Source: a virus
Virus record (IMG/VR): IMGVR_UViG_3300001199_000009
Location: 1-51,476 of that record
Strand: one strand, 5' to 3'
DNA length: 51,476 nucleotides
Shown one piece after another: positions 35,015-43,676 of this stretch. Positions within the stretch are counted from its first letter, which is position 1. The number at the start of each line of letters is the position of its first letter. The notes beneath the pieces were generated by a model that saw nothing but the letters and a program-made list of their open reading frames with translations, ran no database searches and was not told the origin of the DNA. The position numbers and the translations under genes were made by a program.

Positions 35015-35377
35015 TTACCAAGGCAAGCTTTCATCAAGCATGGGTTCTTTGTTCGGTGATTGGCTGGATCCCGTTATCTTTAAGACATGGTTTGGAACAA
35101 AGCTAACAAATATTTTGCCTGTCTTTTCATCTTTCTTTTGTGAAATAAAACCACACATCATTACCGTGTCGCCTTGTTTAAAGGACTCGCATATTGAAAC
35201 GATGTGGCTAGACATGCAAAACACCTGCCACTCGCCTGATATCTCTGGGCTATTCTCCGATAGCTTAAACTTATTCAATAAATTGAACTTGGCAAACTTC
35301 TTGCCACCCTTTTCAATGACATTAACGTCGCTTGTAACAATACCCGACAAATTGCCACTATTAATATCTCCAATCAC
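35015..35377 (-). CDS. Second SSB-like OB-fold protein (120 aa from GTG 35377) with a variant C-terminal tip DESLPW
   Basis: NSGNLSGIVTSDVNVIEKGGKKFAKFNL...GEWQVFCMSSHIVSICESFKQGDTVMMCGFISQKKDEKTGK follows the SSB OB-fold pattern. AAGGAG lies 6 nt before GTG 35377. The longer track ORF (to 35500) has no SD. Confidence 0.55.
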   Translation of the reverse strand: MIGDINSGNLSGIVTSDVNVIEKGGKKFAKFNLLNKFKLSENSPEISGEWQVFCMSSHIVSICESFKQGDTVMMCGFISQKKDEKTGKIFVSFVPNHVLKITGSSQSPNKEPMLDESLPW

Positions 35378-35513
35378 TTTCTGCTCCTTTAAAACATTTC
35401 TACATATCTTATGATAACAAGGGTGGTGCCAAACAGTCAAATAACAGATACACTTGCTAGCAATGGGCAAGTTTATTTGAGTGCCCATCAACTTAAACAA
35501 GAGGAACTAAGGA

Positions 35514-35744
35514 ATGAAAACATTTTTGAGAGAACCAGACTGTGCAAGAATTACTGGACTGAGCAAATCGACGCGTCGGAATTTGGAAAAATTAGGTAAA
35601 TTCCCCCTACGCCGAAAGCTCAGTGCCAACACTATAGGCTGGCTGTCTGATGAAATTGAAGAATGGATGGAGGAACGGCTTAAAGATTGTGGAGTTCTCC
35701 CCTCACGTTTTTCTAAAAATAAAGCAAATGGAACTAAGGAATGA
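35514..35744 (+). CDS. AlpA/excisionase-family HTH regulator (copy 1 of a tandem duplication)
   Basis: FLREPDCARITGLSKSTRRNLEKLGKFPLRRKLSANTIGWLSDEIEEWMEER matches the AlpA pattern (...G.s.sT.yr....G.FP.p..l....v.W...ev..W). Confidence 0.75.
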   Translation: MKTFLREPDCARITGLSKSTRRNLEKLGKFPLRRKLSANTIGWLSDEIEEWMEERLKDCGVLPSRFSKNKANGTKE

Positions 35745-35944
35745 AAACATTTTTGAGAGAACCAGACTGTGCAAGAATTACTGGACTTAGCAGAACGACG
35801 CGTTGGCGTTTGGAAAAATTAGGTGAATTCCCTCTGCGCCGGAAGCTCAGTGCCAACATTATTGGCTGGCCGTCTGATGAAATTGAAGAATGGATGGAGG
35901 AACGAAATAAAGCAAATGGAGATCAAATAAACGAAACAGAATAA
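35741..35944 (+). CDS. AlpA/excisionase-family HTH regulator (copy 2 of a tandem duplication)
   Basis: Near-identical to copy 1 at the DNA level. Start overlaps the copy 1 stop. Confidence 0.75.
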   Translation: MKTFLREPDCARITGLSRTTRWRLEKLGEFPLRRKLSANIIGWPSDEIEEWMEERNKANGDQINETE

Positions 35945-36011
35945 ATACAAAAAAGAAAAATCCGCTACTGGGGGTGGCGGATTCTCCCAATTATCTGGAA
36001 CGGACCTTTTA

Positions 36012-36734
36012 ATGAAACACAACATCAACTTAGATGAGTTCATACCCACCTTCATTAACAACTACTATGAACTTAGAAACTTAGATAGACAGATCGCAAA
36101 CTACTTCTTTCTTCCTCTATGTCGAGGGATGAAAAGACAAAAGATCAGAATAAATGTAAGAAACAGAATCATTGAGGAGGTAAAAGAAATTATGGGGAAA
36201 AACATAGCATTGAGAGACAAAGTACGGGAAACTCACTCTCCCTTAAAAAGCAAACCGCCTACATGGGGTCAACTCATTAACAAACTTAAAAATAGACTTT
36301 ATCACGAAGGAATAGACGAGAAAGAGCTTATAGAGGACTGCCAAGCAAGTATGGTGCATCGGATGTATCAAATAGGCATGGGCAACGTTCAACCAGGTTT
36401 CCATGAGTTGAGCGCCCTAACAACCCTACTCAATAACTCAGTCGCTGAAACAGAAAACATTATGGAACTCATCGAAGATGAGGGAGAAACATATAACCTG
36501 GATAGCGCGGATGGCATTAACCGTCTTGCCACACGCGTCGTAACCCTCTTCCTTGAAGGCTACCTCTCCCTTAGAACAGCAGAAAGAACATTTAACATTT
36601 TGCAGAAAAAGATCACCTTTTCTGAAACAGCCCATTTGCTCCCAACCTTTGAGGAACGAAAGACTGCCATTTCTGAAAACAACCAAACTAACTTGCTTGG
36701 TCAAGAAACGAGCGAAGAAGATGACCTGGAATGA
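36012..36734 (+). CDS. Hypothetical protein (240 aa) with an acidic C-terminus
   Basis: ORF only; weak SD. Its 3' end overlaps the convergent gene 36688..37482 by 47 nt. Confidence 0.45.
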   Translation: MKHNINLDEFIPTFINNYYELRNLDRQIANYFFLPLCRGMKRQKIRINVRNRIIEEVKEIMGKNIALRDKVRETHSPLKSKPPTWGQLINKLKNRLYHEGIDEKELIEDCQASMVHRMYQIGMGNVQPGFHELSALTTLLNNSVAETENIMELIEDEGETYNLDSADGINRLATRVVTLFLEGYLSLRTAERTFNILQKKITFSETAHLLPTFEERKTAISENNQTNLLGQETSEEDDLE

Positions 36735-37482
36735 TGCCCTCCTTCTCTTCTGTCGTTTCTTCTTTGTTTTGGGTGATGTAGTCTATTTTGTTAAAATATT
36801 CCTCGGTCATTTCCATCAAATTAAGGAAATGATCATAAACATTTCTGTACTTATAGAAAGTATTGAAAACATCCGCCCATACAACAAAAGGTATTTTATC
36901 CATCCGTCGAGCAAAAGATTGAAACTCCAATTGAAACTTTGAATAGAATGCAAACGCTTCGTTTTCACTATCATTCATATCTTTATTGCGCGGAAAAGAA
37001 AAAATGGGGGAAATGGATGTCCTGCACTCAATATCCCAGCCATCGCATGTCCAAAAAGAATCTTGGTACCCCATACCTTCGCAATCCTCACGACTCTTTT
37101 CATTTAAAAGACCAATGAGTGCTACAACAGAATGCCAAGTCTCAGGGAGATGTTCATATATTCTTGTGAATAAAACAACAACATCTTTTATGTAGGGCGC
37201 ATGACTGTCGGAGTTTCCATAATGAGACGAAGCATTCATTCTGTTAAAAAAACGGTAAAAATCTTCCCCGTGCGTATGCATAAGATTGCTGAATGTCACC
37301 GAATCAAGATCAAGAAAATAATAAAATAAACTTCTAAAAAAAGAATCGTTTACTTTTGCTATAGGATCTCTAAATTTATCAACAAAGTCCGTATATAATA
37401 CGTCGTAAATTGCTAGATTCGCATCGAGCGACTGAAATCTAAAAGAAATGTGTTGGTGAAGATCGTCTGATTTGATCGTCAT
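36688..37482 (-). CDS. Hypothetical protein (264 aa), last gene of the long late operon
   Basis: GAGGA SD-like sequence. Follows the 963-aa gene. Confidence 0.55.
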   Translation of the reverse strand: MTIKSDDLHQHISFRFQSLDANLAIYDVLYTDFVDKFRDPIAKVNDSFFRSLFYYFLDLDSVTFSNLMHTHGEDFYRFFNRMNASSHYGNSDSHAPYIKDVVVLFTRIYEHLPETWHSVVALIGLLNEKSREDCEGMGYQDSFWTCDGWDIECRTSISPIFSFPRNKDMNDSENEAFAFYSKFQLEFQSFARRMDKIPFVVWADVFNTFYKYRNVYDHFLNLMEMTEEYFNKIDYITQNKEETTEEKEGIIPGHLLRSFLDQAS

Positions 37483-37490
37483 AAAGATGC

Positions 37491-40382
37491 CTAATCCTCT
37501 GCAATAAGATAATTCAAAACGTTACGAGGAACGTTATGCCGAGTATAGGCAAATATGCTCTCTTTAGGAACTGTCTTGATGGCGTGCAAGTCCTTAAGCG
37601 CTTGTTCGGCATCCGTTAAAAAATCCTGTAACATCTCAGTTTTGAGAGTCTTGACGTCTTTTCCAATATTATCGCTAACAAGTTTAAATACTGTATCCAT
37701 TTTCTTAAAGTTAGTAGAGCCCATATGAAGAAGCTTGCGCAATAAACCTCTTCCTTCCTCTGTGAATATTTCGGCTTTCTTGGTGAGAGGTTGTGTTTGT
37801 GAATTTTTTAATCTTCCTGCACCCTCAACAAATTGATCTTGCCCCACAATCTTATTAATACCCTTCAACATTCTGAATTGATCGGGATCAAGAAGACCCT
37901 TAAGAAGATCGTGGTGCCGATTGAAATAACTCTTATAAGCTGTCGGAGTAATCGGTGCGGATTTACTTTTTCCACGGATAGAATCTTGCATGTGCTCTAG
38001 AACACCGTTAACAAGGCCATGACGGTCATCTGCATGACCAACCTTTTTAAGTCGCTCTAATACCTCGTTTAAGGCCTTCTGCTTATTGTTAGAACCCAAT
38101 ATCTCACGCACAACTTGCTTGTCGTTACCCTCTAACAGAATGTCTCGGGCACCCCCTTTTTCGCGCCCGAATTGGCTTTCTAAATTCTTTTGAGCCGCAG
38201 CTAATGCCTTCATATCCTTAACAAACTTAGGGTTTACTTTCTTTACACCCGTCATTTTGCTTTCAAATGAATTTAACTTACGCAGATCAACTAAACCATC
38301 TTTGTTTACCACCGTGTCAAACAAATCGTGGCTAGCATGGGATGTAATACCCTCTGTAACCGTCTCAATATGAGGCTGCCCAGCTTCACCACGTGTTTTG
38401 TAAGCCTCAAAAAGATTATCAATACGCTCTGGCGCATTCTTACCCTTCGTAAAGGCTTCGCCCACCTCTGTATCAAGTTTTTTGTATTCGTTGTTATATT
38501 TCTTAAAATATGGGGACAGTGAATCTACATCATTTATTTTATTGATCGGAGGTGAGAACTCAGCGTATTTTTGACGCGCCATGGTGGCATCTTTGCTAAC
38601 TGACTCTAAATCTTGTTCTATTCCCTCTTTTAAGACCCTCAAATGACGTGCGCGACCTGCCTTGCCCTCGTTTAAAGCGTCCTTGTAGGCCTCCTTTACG
38701 CGCTGCCTTTCTGCATCCAAAACGGAAATGCGCGGACCTTTACCCATCTCGGCTCCAACAGGTTCTGGCATATTTTTGGCTAGCTGCTCACGGATGTAAT
38801 CCGACATGTTGGGCAACTCTTGATCGTAAAAGCTTATATCAACATCTTTTTTGCCCTTCTTACCAAGAAGATTGTTTACTCGATTGTAATGCGAAAGGGC
38901 TTCAGAATCAGCAATTCCCACCTTCAATCCTTTATTAACAGCCTTTCCCGTCTCCGCTAGAGTGGCTAAACCCTCATCTTCTGCGACTGCGTCCCAGTGT
39001 TTCTGGGTTGCCGCCTTTCTTTCCTCCCATCCTTTGGTTAAATGCTTCTTCGTTTCAGAACGTAAGGTTTCCCCCACATCCCTAGATGAAGACACAGCAC
39101 CTCTTCTTGCCTCAAAATTTGATAAAATGTCTTCAACTGCTTTTCGATCACCACGATAGGCTTTATCTAGTCCAGACCTCACGCCCTCTATCGAAGCGTT
39201 GGGATGCTCGAGATCATTCAAAGTTTGATTGATGAATGATTGTGTGTTTTCTTTCGCCGCCGCAACCTTAGGCGTGCCTGCAAATGCACGTTCAAGAATG
39301 GGCACCTGAGGCAACGCGGCCTCACCTTTTTGTGTTGGAATCATCATCTCAGCAACAGTAGGGGAGTGACCCTCCATAACAGGCTCATAAGATTGTAACT
39401 TTTTAATAATTGGATCAACGTTTTCTGTGCCAACAGCTTCTTCTAAGTTTTTCAAGAAAGACTGGCGCACACCCTGTCCAACTTCACCATTGATAACACG
39501 CTTGGCAAAAAGAGGAACATTACCAGCATTTCTGGCCATCCCATAACCAAGACCACCCACAACAGAACCTAAAATATCTCCAATAATTGGATCAATTCCT
39601 GATTCCTCCTTGATCGTCTTAGCCGTCATACCCATAGGAATAGCGGAGGCGGCCATTTCAGCAAGGGGCTTAACGTTACCCTTCATCGCCGTATTGTAAG
39701 CACCACCACCTAGAAATTCGCCTATCTTTGAAATGCCTTTGCTGACATAAGGTGTTCCTAAAGCCTTTCCACCCTTAATAAGGGCACTTCCTAAACCCGC
39801 TCCAGGAACAACAGTTCCGGCCCATTCTAACCCTTGGTGAATAGCCGCTTTGCCAGGTTCTGTTTCCCAGTCAGGCTCTTTATATCCAATTGAAGAAAGC
39901 TCATGTAAGGTAGGCACCTTGTAACCCGTAACCTTCTCCACACCTTTTCGCACAGGCCATAAAGCAAGATCAGGAAGTGGGGCTACACCGCGCGCAATAG
40001 CCTGCGTTCCTTCTTTAATCTCACGACCGTATGTTTTAGCCCTCTCCTTAACCTCATTTAAAAGGCCATCTAGTCCCTCACGCTTTTTACTGTCAGCCTT
40101 CTTAACATGTCCTTCTTCGTCAAGCGAACGCTGAGAGGCTTTAGCTTTCTGCTCTTCAAAAGCCTCCCTACTTTCTTGTAGTTTATTTCGTTGTTCTTCA
40201 TAGTAGGCAAAGGGGCTTTTTCGCTGTTCTCTGGCATCCTTGGTTGACTCCTTTTCATGGGTTGGTTCAGCGTTAGTTGATTCGTTTTTCCGAGCAGAAC
40301 CTAACGCCTCTCTTCTCTTTTGAAGCTGCTCCCGCTGGCTATCAAAATAATCAAATGGGCTTTTTTTTCTTTGCTCGGTCAT
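37491..40382 (-). CDS. Large virion-internal/ejection-like protein (963 aa) with a Gly-rich hydrophobic segment and N-terminal duplicated motif
   Basis: Duplicated RK(K)SPF.Y(F/Y).(S/E)QR..LQ..REA motif at the N-terminus. GAGLGSALIKGGKALG...GSVVGGLGYGMARNAG segment. Start overlaps the upstream stop (ATGA). Confidence 0.5.
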   Translation of the reverse strand: MTEQRKKSPFDYFDSQREQLQKRREALGSARKNESTNAEPTHEKESTKDAREQRKSPFAYYEEQRNKLQESREAFEEQKAKASQRSLDEEGHVKKADSKKREGLDGLLNEVKERAKTYGREIKEGTQAIARGVAPLPDLALWPVRKGVEKVTGYKVPTLHELSSIGYKEPDWETEPGKAAIHQGLEWAGTVVPGAGLGSALIKGGKALGTPYVSKGISKIGEFLGGGAYNTAMKGNVKPLAEMAASAIPMGMTAKTIKEESGIDPIIGDILGSVVGGLGYGMARNAGNVPLFAKRVINGEVGQGVRQSFLKNLEEAVGTENVDPIIKKLQSYEPVMEGHSPTVAEMMIPTQKGEAALPQVPILERAFAGTPKVAAAKENTQSFINQTLNDLEHPNASIEGVRSGLDKAYRGDRKAVEDILSNFEARRGAVSSSRDVGETLRSETKKHLTKGWEERKAATQKHWDAVAEDEGLATLAETGKAVNKGLKVGIADSEALSHYNRVNNLLGKKGKKDVDISFYDQELPNMSDYIREQLAKNMPEPVGAEMGKGPRISVLDAERQRVKEAYKDALNEGKAGRARHLRVLKEGIEQDLESVSKDATMARQKYAEFSPPINKINDVDSLSPYFKKYNNEYKKLDTEVGEAFTKGKNAPERIDNLFEAYKTRGEAGQPHIETVTEGITSHASHDLFDTVVNKDGLVDLRKLNSFESKMTGVKKVNPKFVKDMKALAAAQKNLESQFGREKGGARDILLEGNDKQVVREILGSNNKQKALNEVLERLKKVGHADDRHGLVNGVLEHMQDSIRGKSKSAPITPTAYKSYFNRHHDLLKGLLDPDQFRMLKGINKIVGQDQFVEGAGRLKNSQTQPLTKKAEIFTEEGRGLLRKLLHMGSTNFKKMDTVFKLVSDNIGKDVKTLKTEMLQDFLTDAEQALKDLHAIKTVPKESIFAYTRHNVPRNVLNYLIAED

Positions 40383-43300
40383 TCCCCATCCCCTGTTAAT
40401 TCCTCATACATGACATCAATTTCTCTTTGCTCGTCGGGCCCTAACTTCTTGTATGCACTTTCCAATACAGATCTAATACGATCTGCTGATTTTTGCCATA
40501 CTTCATCTGAAACTAATTTAGCGTTTTCTATTTGTTCAGTCGTGGAGCCCTGAAGTTCTCCTTGCTTATCAATCGTTTTGTCTGAATTTTCTTTGCGAGC
40601 AATATTGTAATAATGAAAATCTTTCATAAGCTCACTAAGTGGTTGGCCTCTTCTTAGCATGCTTTTGAAGTTTTCAGCCGTAACTTCTCCTTTGGAAAGA
40701 GATGTTTTGGATGAGTTCTCAACGTTAGTTTCTGGAACAAGATCAGGTGACGTCTTAGACTCTTTCATTACCTTAATAGAATAGGCTGACCGCATACCCG
40801 TCAAATCAGCTGAACTTTTGCCAATAAATGCGTCCGTCTTGTTTTTAAAGAAATCTACGCCCTTAACTGTGTTCTCTGGGAAAAAAGCACCTTGGGCCCA
40901 CGGTCCAAACTCTGCTTGTACTCGCCCTGTATGAACAAGAGTCGAGAGGCCCGCTAACGTGGCGGCGTCCCCTGCAAGCTCAATAGCTTGTGATGCGCTT
41001 TTAGAATCCTTAGTAATCGCTGCCAAATCCTTTTCCGACAATTCTTCTGACTTTCGTTTCTTTTCGTTACCCAAAATATCGTGATAACGTTTTAATTCCT
41101 CCAACTCATCTCCGGAAAGATCCTCGGATACTAAATTATGCCGCGCTTGCTCGGCTAATTCTTTTCTCTTCAACTCTTCTGTTGAAAGGTTATGTTCTCT
41201 CTCACGATGGGTAACAGTTGCATCTTTTCTTAAATCAGCTAGTACCTGTTCAAGCTGTGCCTTGTTAAGGCTTTGCTTATATTGTTTTTCCAAATAGTCA
41301 TTGTGGTTTGCTGGAGCTGTGCCCATACCTTGAGCCCACGCACCCATCATGCTACCAGGACCCATAGCCTCACCCATCTTAATCGCCATGTTTCCCAAAG
41401 TCTGTGCATGGGGATTAACAGCCATGGTAGGTAGGTTTTGATGTCGGGCTTTCTCTTGCATGAACTGTTGTATGGCCGCTAATTGCTGCGCCATAAGCTC
41501 ATTGTATTGAGGGGCTGGAACCACACCACCTTCGGCAAATGAGGGGCGTTGTTGGCCGTTTACAACAAGATTAACTGGTTGCTGTTGCTGTGGCTGCTGA
41601 AATAGATTCGCCCCCAGACCGGCAATAGCCGTCCCCAAAGCCCCCGCTCCCGATGGTGGTATATGGGTGCTAGGGGGCAGAACTACTGGCTGATAAGGTA
41701 CACCACCAGGCACTTGGTTCGTCGCGTTATTAAGAATAACTTGCTGCGCCAACTCAGCTCCTGGACCTTTCGCGTTAAACTCATTAATCCTTGCAGTAAT
41801 TTTTCTTTGCTCTTCTGCTGTTTTGTCTGCTCCAACAATCTTGTGCAACTCACCTTGCGCAGCTTTATTTGCAGTGTCACTATGAGCCGCTTTCCGCGCC
41901 AACTCTTCTTCAAAGATTTGACGATCGCGTTGCGACTTCCACAACTCATTCTGCATAGCAGCTGATTGTTTGGATGCATCCGATTGAGCTAAATAACTAT
42001 CTTTTTGAGGGGTGTATAAATGGTTCATCTCTGAGAGGGCTTGATTGTGAGCTTGGTTTTCATATTTAAAACGCATATCACCCAAATATTCATTTCTGGC
42101 TTTATCAGCACGTGCTAGCGCTGCCTGATATGCTGGCCTGTTTGCAAAATTAATGCCCGCAATTTTCATAAAACGACCTCGAAGGTCAGGTATGGTTTCA
42201 TTAGCGAAACGCTCGTCATATTGCTTCTCGGCAAGTTTATACATACCCATGTTTCGCTCAAGCGCATCTTGATAAACAGGGCTGTCCTTTACTCTTCCAC
42301 TAAAAAACTTATCTCTTAAACTTTCTAAGTTATCTGCCGTTCTTCCAATAACGTCCGCTTCTTTTCCTACTACATCTTTTAACTTAGGATCGCCCTTAAG
42401 TGAAGCAATTAAATTGTCTAATCTCACAGCTTCTTTTGCGCGGTTGGCTTCAAGAGTATCCGCCACATTAAGAGATTTTTTCCAACTCTCTTCTGTTTCC
42501 TTAGCCGTAGGTGGAACCGTGCTACCTGGGAACACATAAGGATTTTCACGGATGGTATCAACAATCTTGGGAATAGACGTAAAAGCTTCTCCGGTGCGCT
42601 GTTCATGTAAATCACGTGCTTGCTTTAGAGCTGCTACAAACTCACTATCTCCCTCAGGGGTTTCGGTGGGCCCCCTTTTGATAATGTCGGCTATCTCGCG
42701 CGGAGTGTATTTCCCAGCGTAAGGTTTGTGAAATTCCTCAAATGACGGATTTATCCCCTGACTTATAAGCCTTTTCCTGGCCTCATTTTCTTTCTGAATT
42801 AAAGGATGGTCGGCTCCATTTATATATCCAAAATCATTGCTACTCTTATCTTGGCCCGGCCACATTACATCTCTAAATTCTTTTGAAAGATGACCTGGGG
42901 TCATCTCTGAAAGAGCTTTTAATGCTCCTGGTGTTCTTAGAATAGTTGCAGGCGTCTGCCCCACCCATGCATCCTCACTTGATGGATGATTATATATCTT
43001 CTTAAGAATTTGAAGTGACTTAGTCAGTTGTGGAATACTTGCGCCCTCATCAAATCCATACTTCTTACGAAGGGATTCGGCTAAATCTTTATGTGAAAAC
43101 TCTGGGCGCCAACCCATCGCCTGCTCATGATCTTCAATAATATCCGACTCTGCGATTCGTCGGGATTCTTGAGAATTCCTAAGCAAATGCCCTACCCTCG
43201 ATCTTTTCGAAAGTTTGTCAACAACTTTTCCGGGATCATCGGCAGAAATAAACTTCAAAAAGTCCTTGGCATCCGCCACAGAAAAGTCTTTGGCATCCGG

Positions 43301-43666
43301 GAGCTTGTCTAAAAAAGAACCATTAATCTGAGGCTTTTCTATATGCAAAACGTCTAAAAGACCCGCATCAATAGGGCCTTCTTTAGCCACATCCTGAAGA
43401 TAAGATTTAGCCGTGGCACTCAATTTAAGCTCTTTGGCTATCTCGTCCACTTGCTTGGGTGTCAACACCATAGAGCGGGGTAAATTTAAATCTTTTTGAA
43501 GAGAATACCTTATGGTTTGGTTAAGTTTCTCTTCCTCTGCAGTAGGCTCATAAAGAGTCCTTTGCTTCTGTACCCAATTTGATGGCTCAGCCGCTTTTTG
43601 AAGTTCACCAACTCGATTGGTAAAATCTTCATTAAGCTTAATGGTCGCTTGTGTTGGCTCTGGCAT
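40379..43666 (-). CDS. Large virion-internal/ejection-like protein (1095 aa)
   Basis: AGAGGA SD. Long helical, charged protein with a central Gly/Pro/Gln-rich segment. No enzymatic motif recognised. Confidence 0.5.
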   Translation of the reverse strand: MPEPTQATIKLNEDFTNRVGELQKAAEPSNWVQKQRTLYEPTAEEEKLNQTIRYSLQKDLNLPRSMVLTPKQVDEIAKELKLSATAKSYLQDVAKEGPIDAGLLDVLHIEKPQINGSFLDKLPDAKDFSVADAKDFLKFISADDPGKVVDKLSKRSRVGHLLRNSQESRRIAESDIIEDHEQAMGWRPEFSHKDLAESLRKKYGFDEGASIPQLTKSLQILKKIYNHPSSEDAWVGQTPATILRTPGALKALSEMTPGHLSKEFRDVMWPGQDKSSNDFGYINGADHPLIQKENEARKRLISQGINPSFEEFHKPYAGKYTPREIADIIKRGPTETPEGDSEFVAALKQARDLHEQRTGEAFTSIPKIVDTIRENPYVFPGSTVPPTAKETEESWKKSLNVADTLEANRAKEAVRLDNLIASLKGDPKLKDVVGKEADVIGRTADNLESLRDKFFSGRVKDSPVYQDALERNMGMYKLAEKQYDERFANETIPDLRGRFMKIAGINFANRPAYQAALARADKARNEYLGDMRFKYENQAHNQALSEMNHLYTPQKDSYLAQSDASKQSAAMQNELWKSQRDRQIFEEELARKAAHSDTANKAAQGELHKIVGADKTAEEQRKITARINEFNAKGPGAELAQQVILNNATNQVPGGVPYQPVVLPPSTHIPPSGAGALGTAIAGLGANLFQQPQQQQPVNLVVNGQQRPSFAEGGVVPAPQYNELMAQQLAAIQQFMQEKARHQNLPTMAVNPHAQTLGNMAIKMGEAMGPGSMMGAWAQGMGTAPANHNDYLEKQYKQSLNKAQLEQVLADLRKDATVTHREREHNLSTEELKRKELAEQARHNLVSEDLSGDELEELKRYHDILGNEKKRKSEELSEKDLAAITKDSKSASQAIELAGDAATLAGLSTLVHTGRVQAEFGPWAQGAFFPENTVKGVDFFKNKTDAFIGKSSADLTGMRSAYSIKVMKESKTSPDLVPETNVENSSKTSLSKGEVTAENFKSMLRRGQPLSELMKDFHYYNIARKENSDKTIDKQGELQGSTTEQIENAKLVSDEVWQKSADRIRSVLESAYKKLGPDEQREIDVMYEELTGDGE

Positions 43667-43676
43667 GCTATATCCT

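Noticed and set aside
35004-35500. Plus-strand ORF 35004..35414, and the long form (161 aa) of the minus-strand OB-fold gene
   Set aside because: The plus-strand ORF is antisense to a protein with a clear SSB-like pattern. The long minus-strand form lacks an SD, whereas the internal GTG 35377 has AAGGAG at 6-nt spacing. The Cys/His-rich extension is kept only as an open question.
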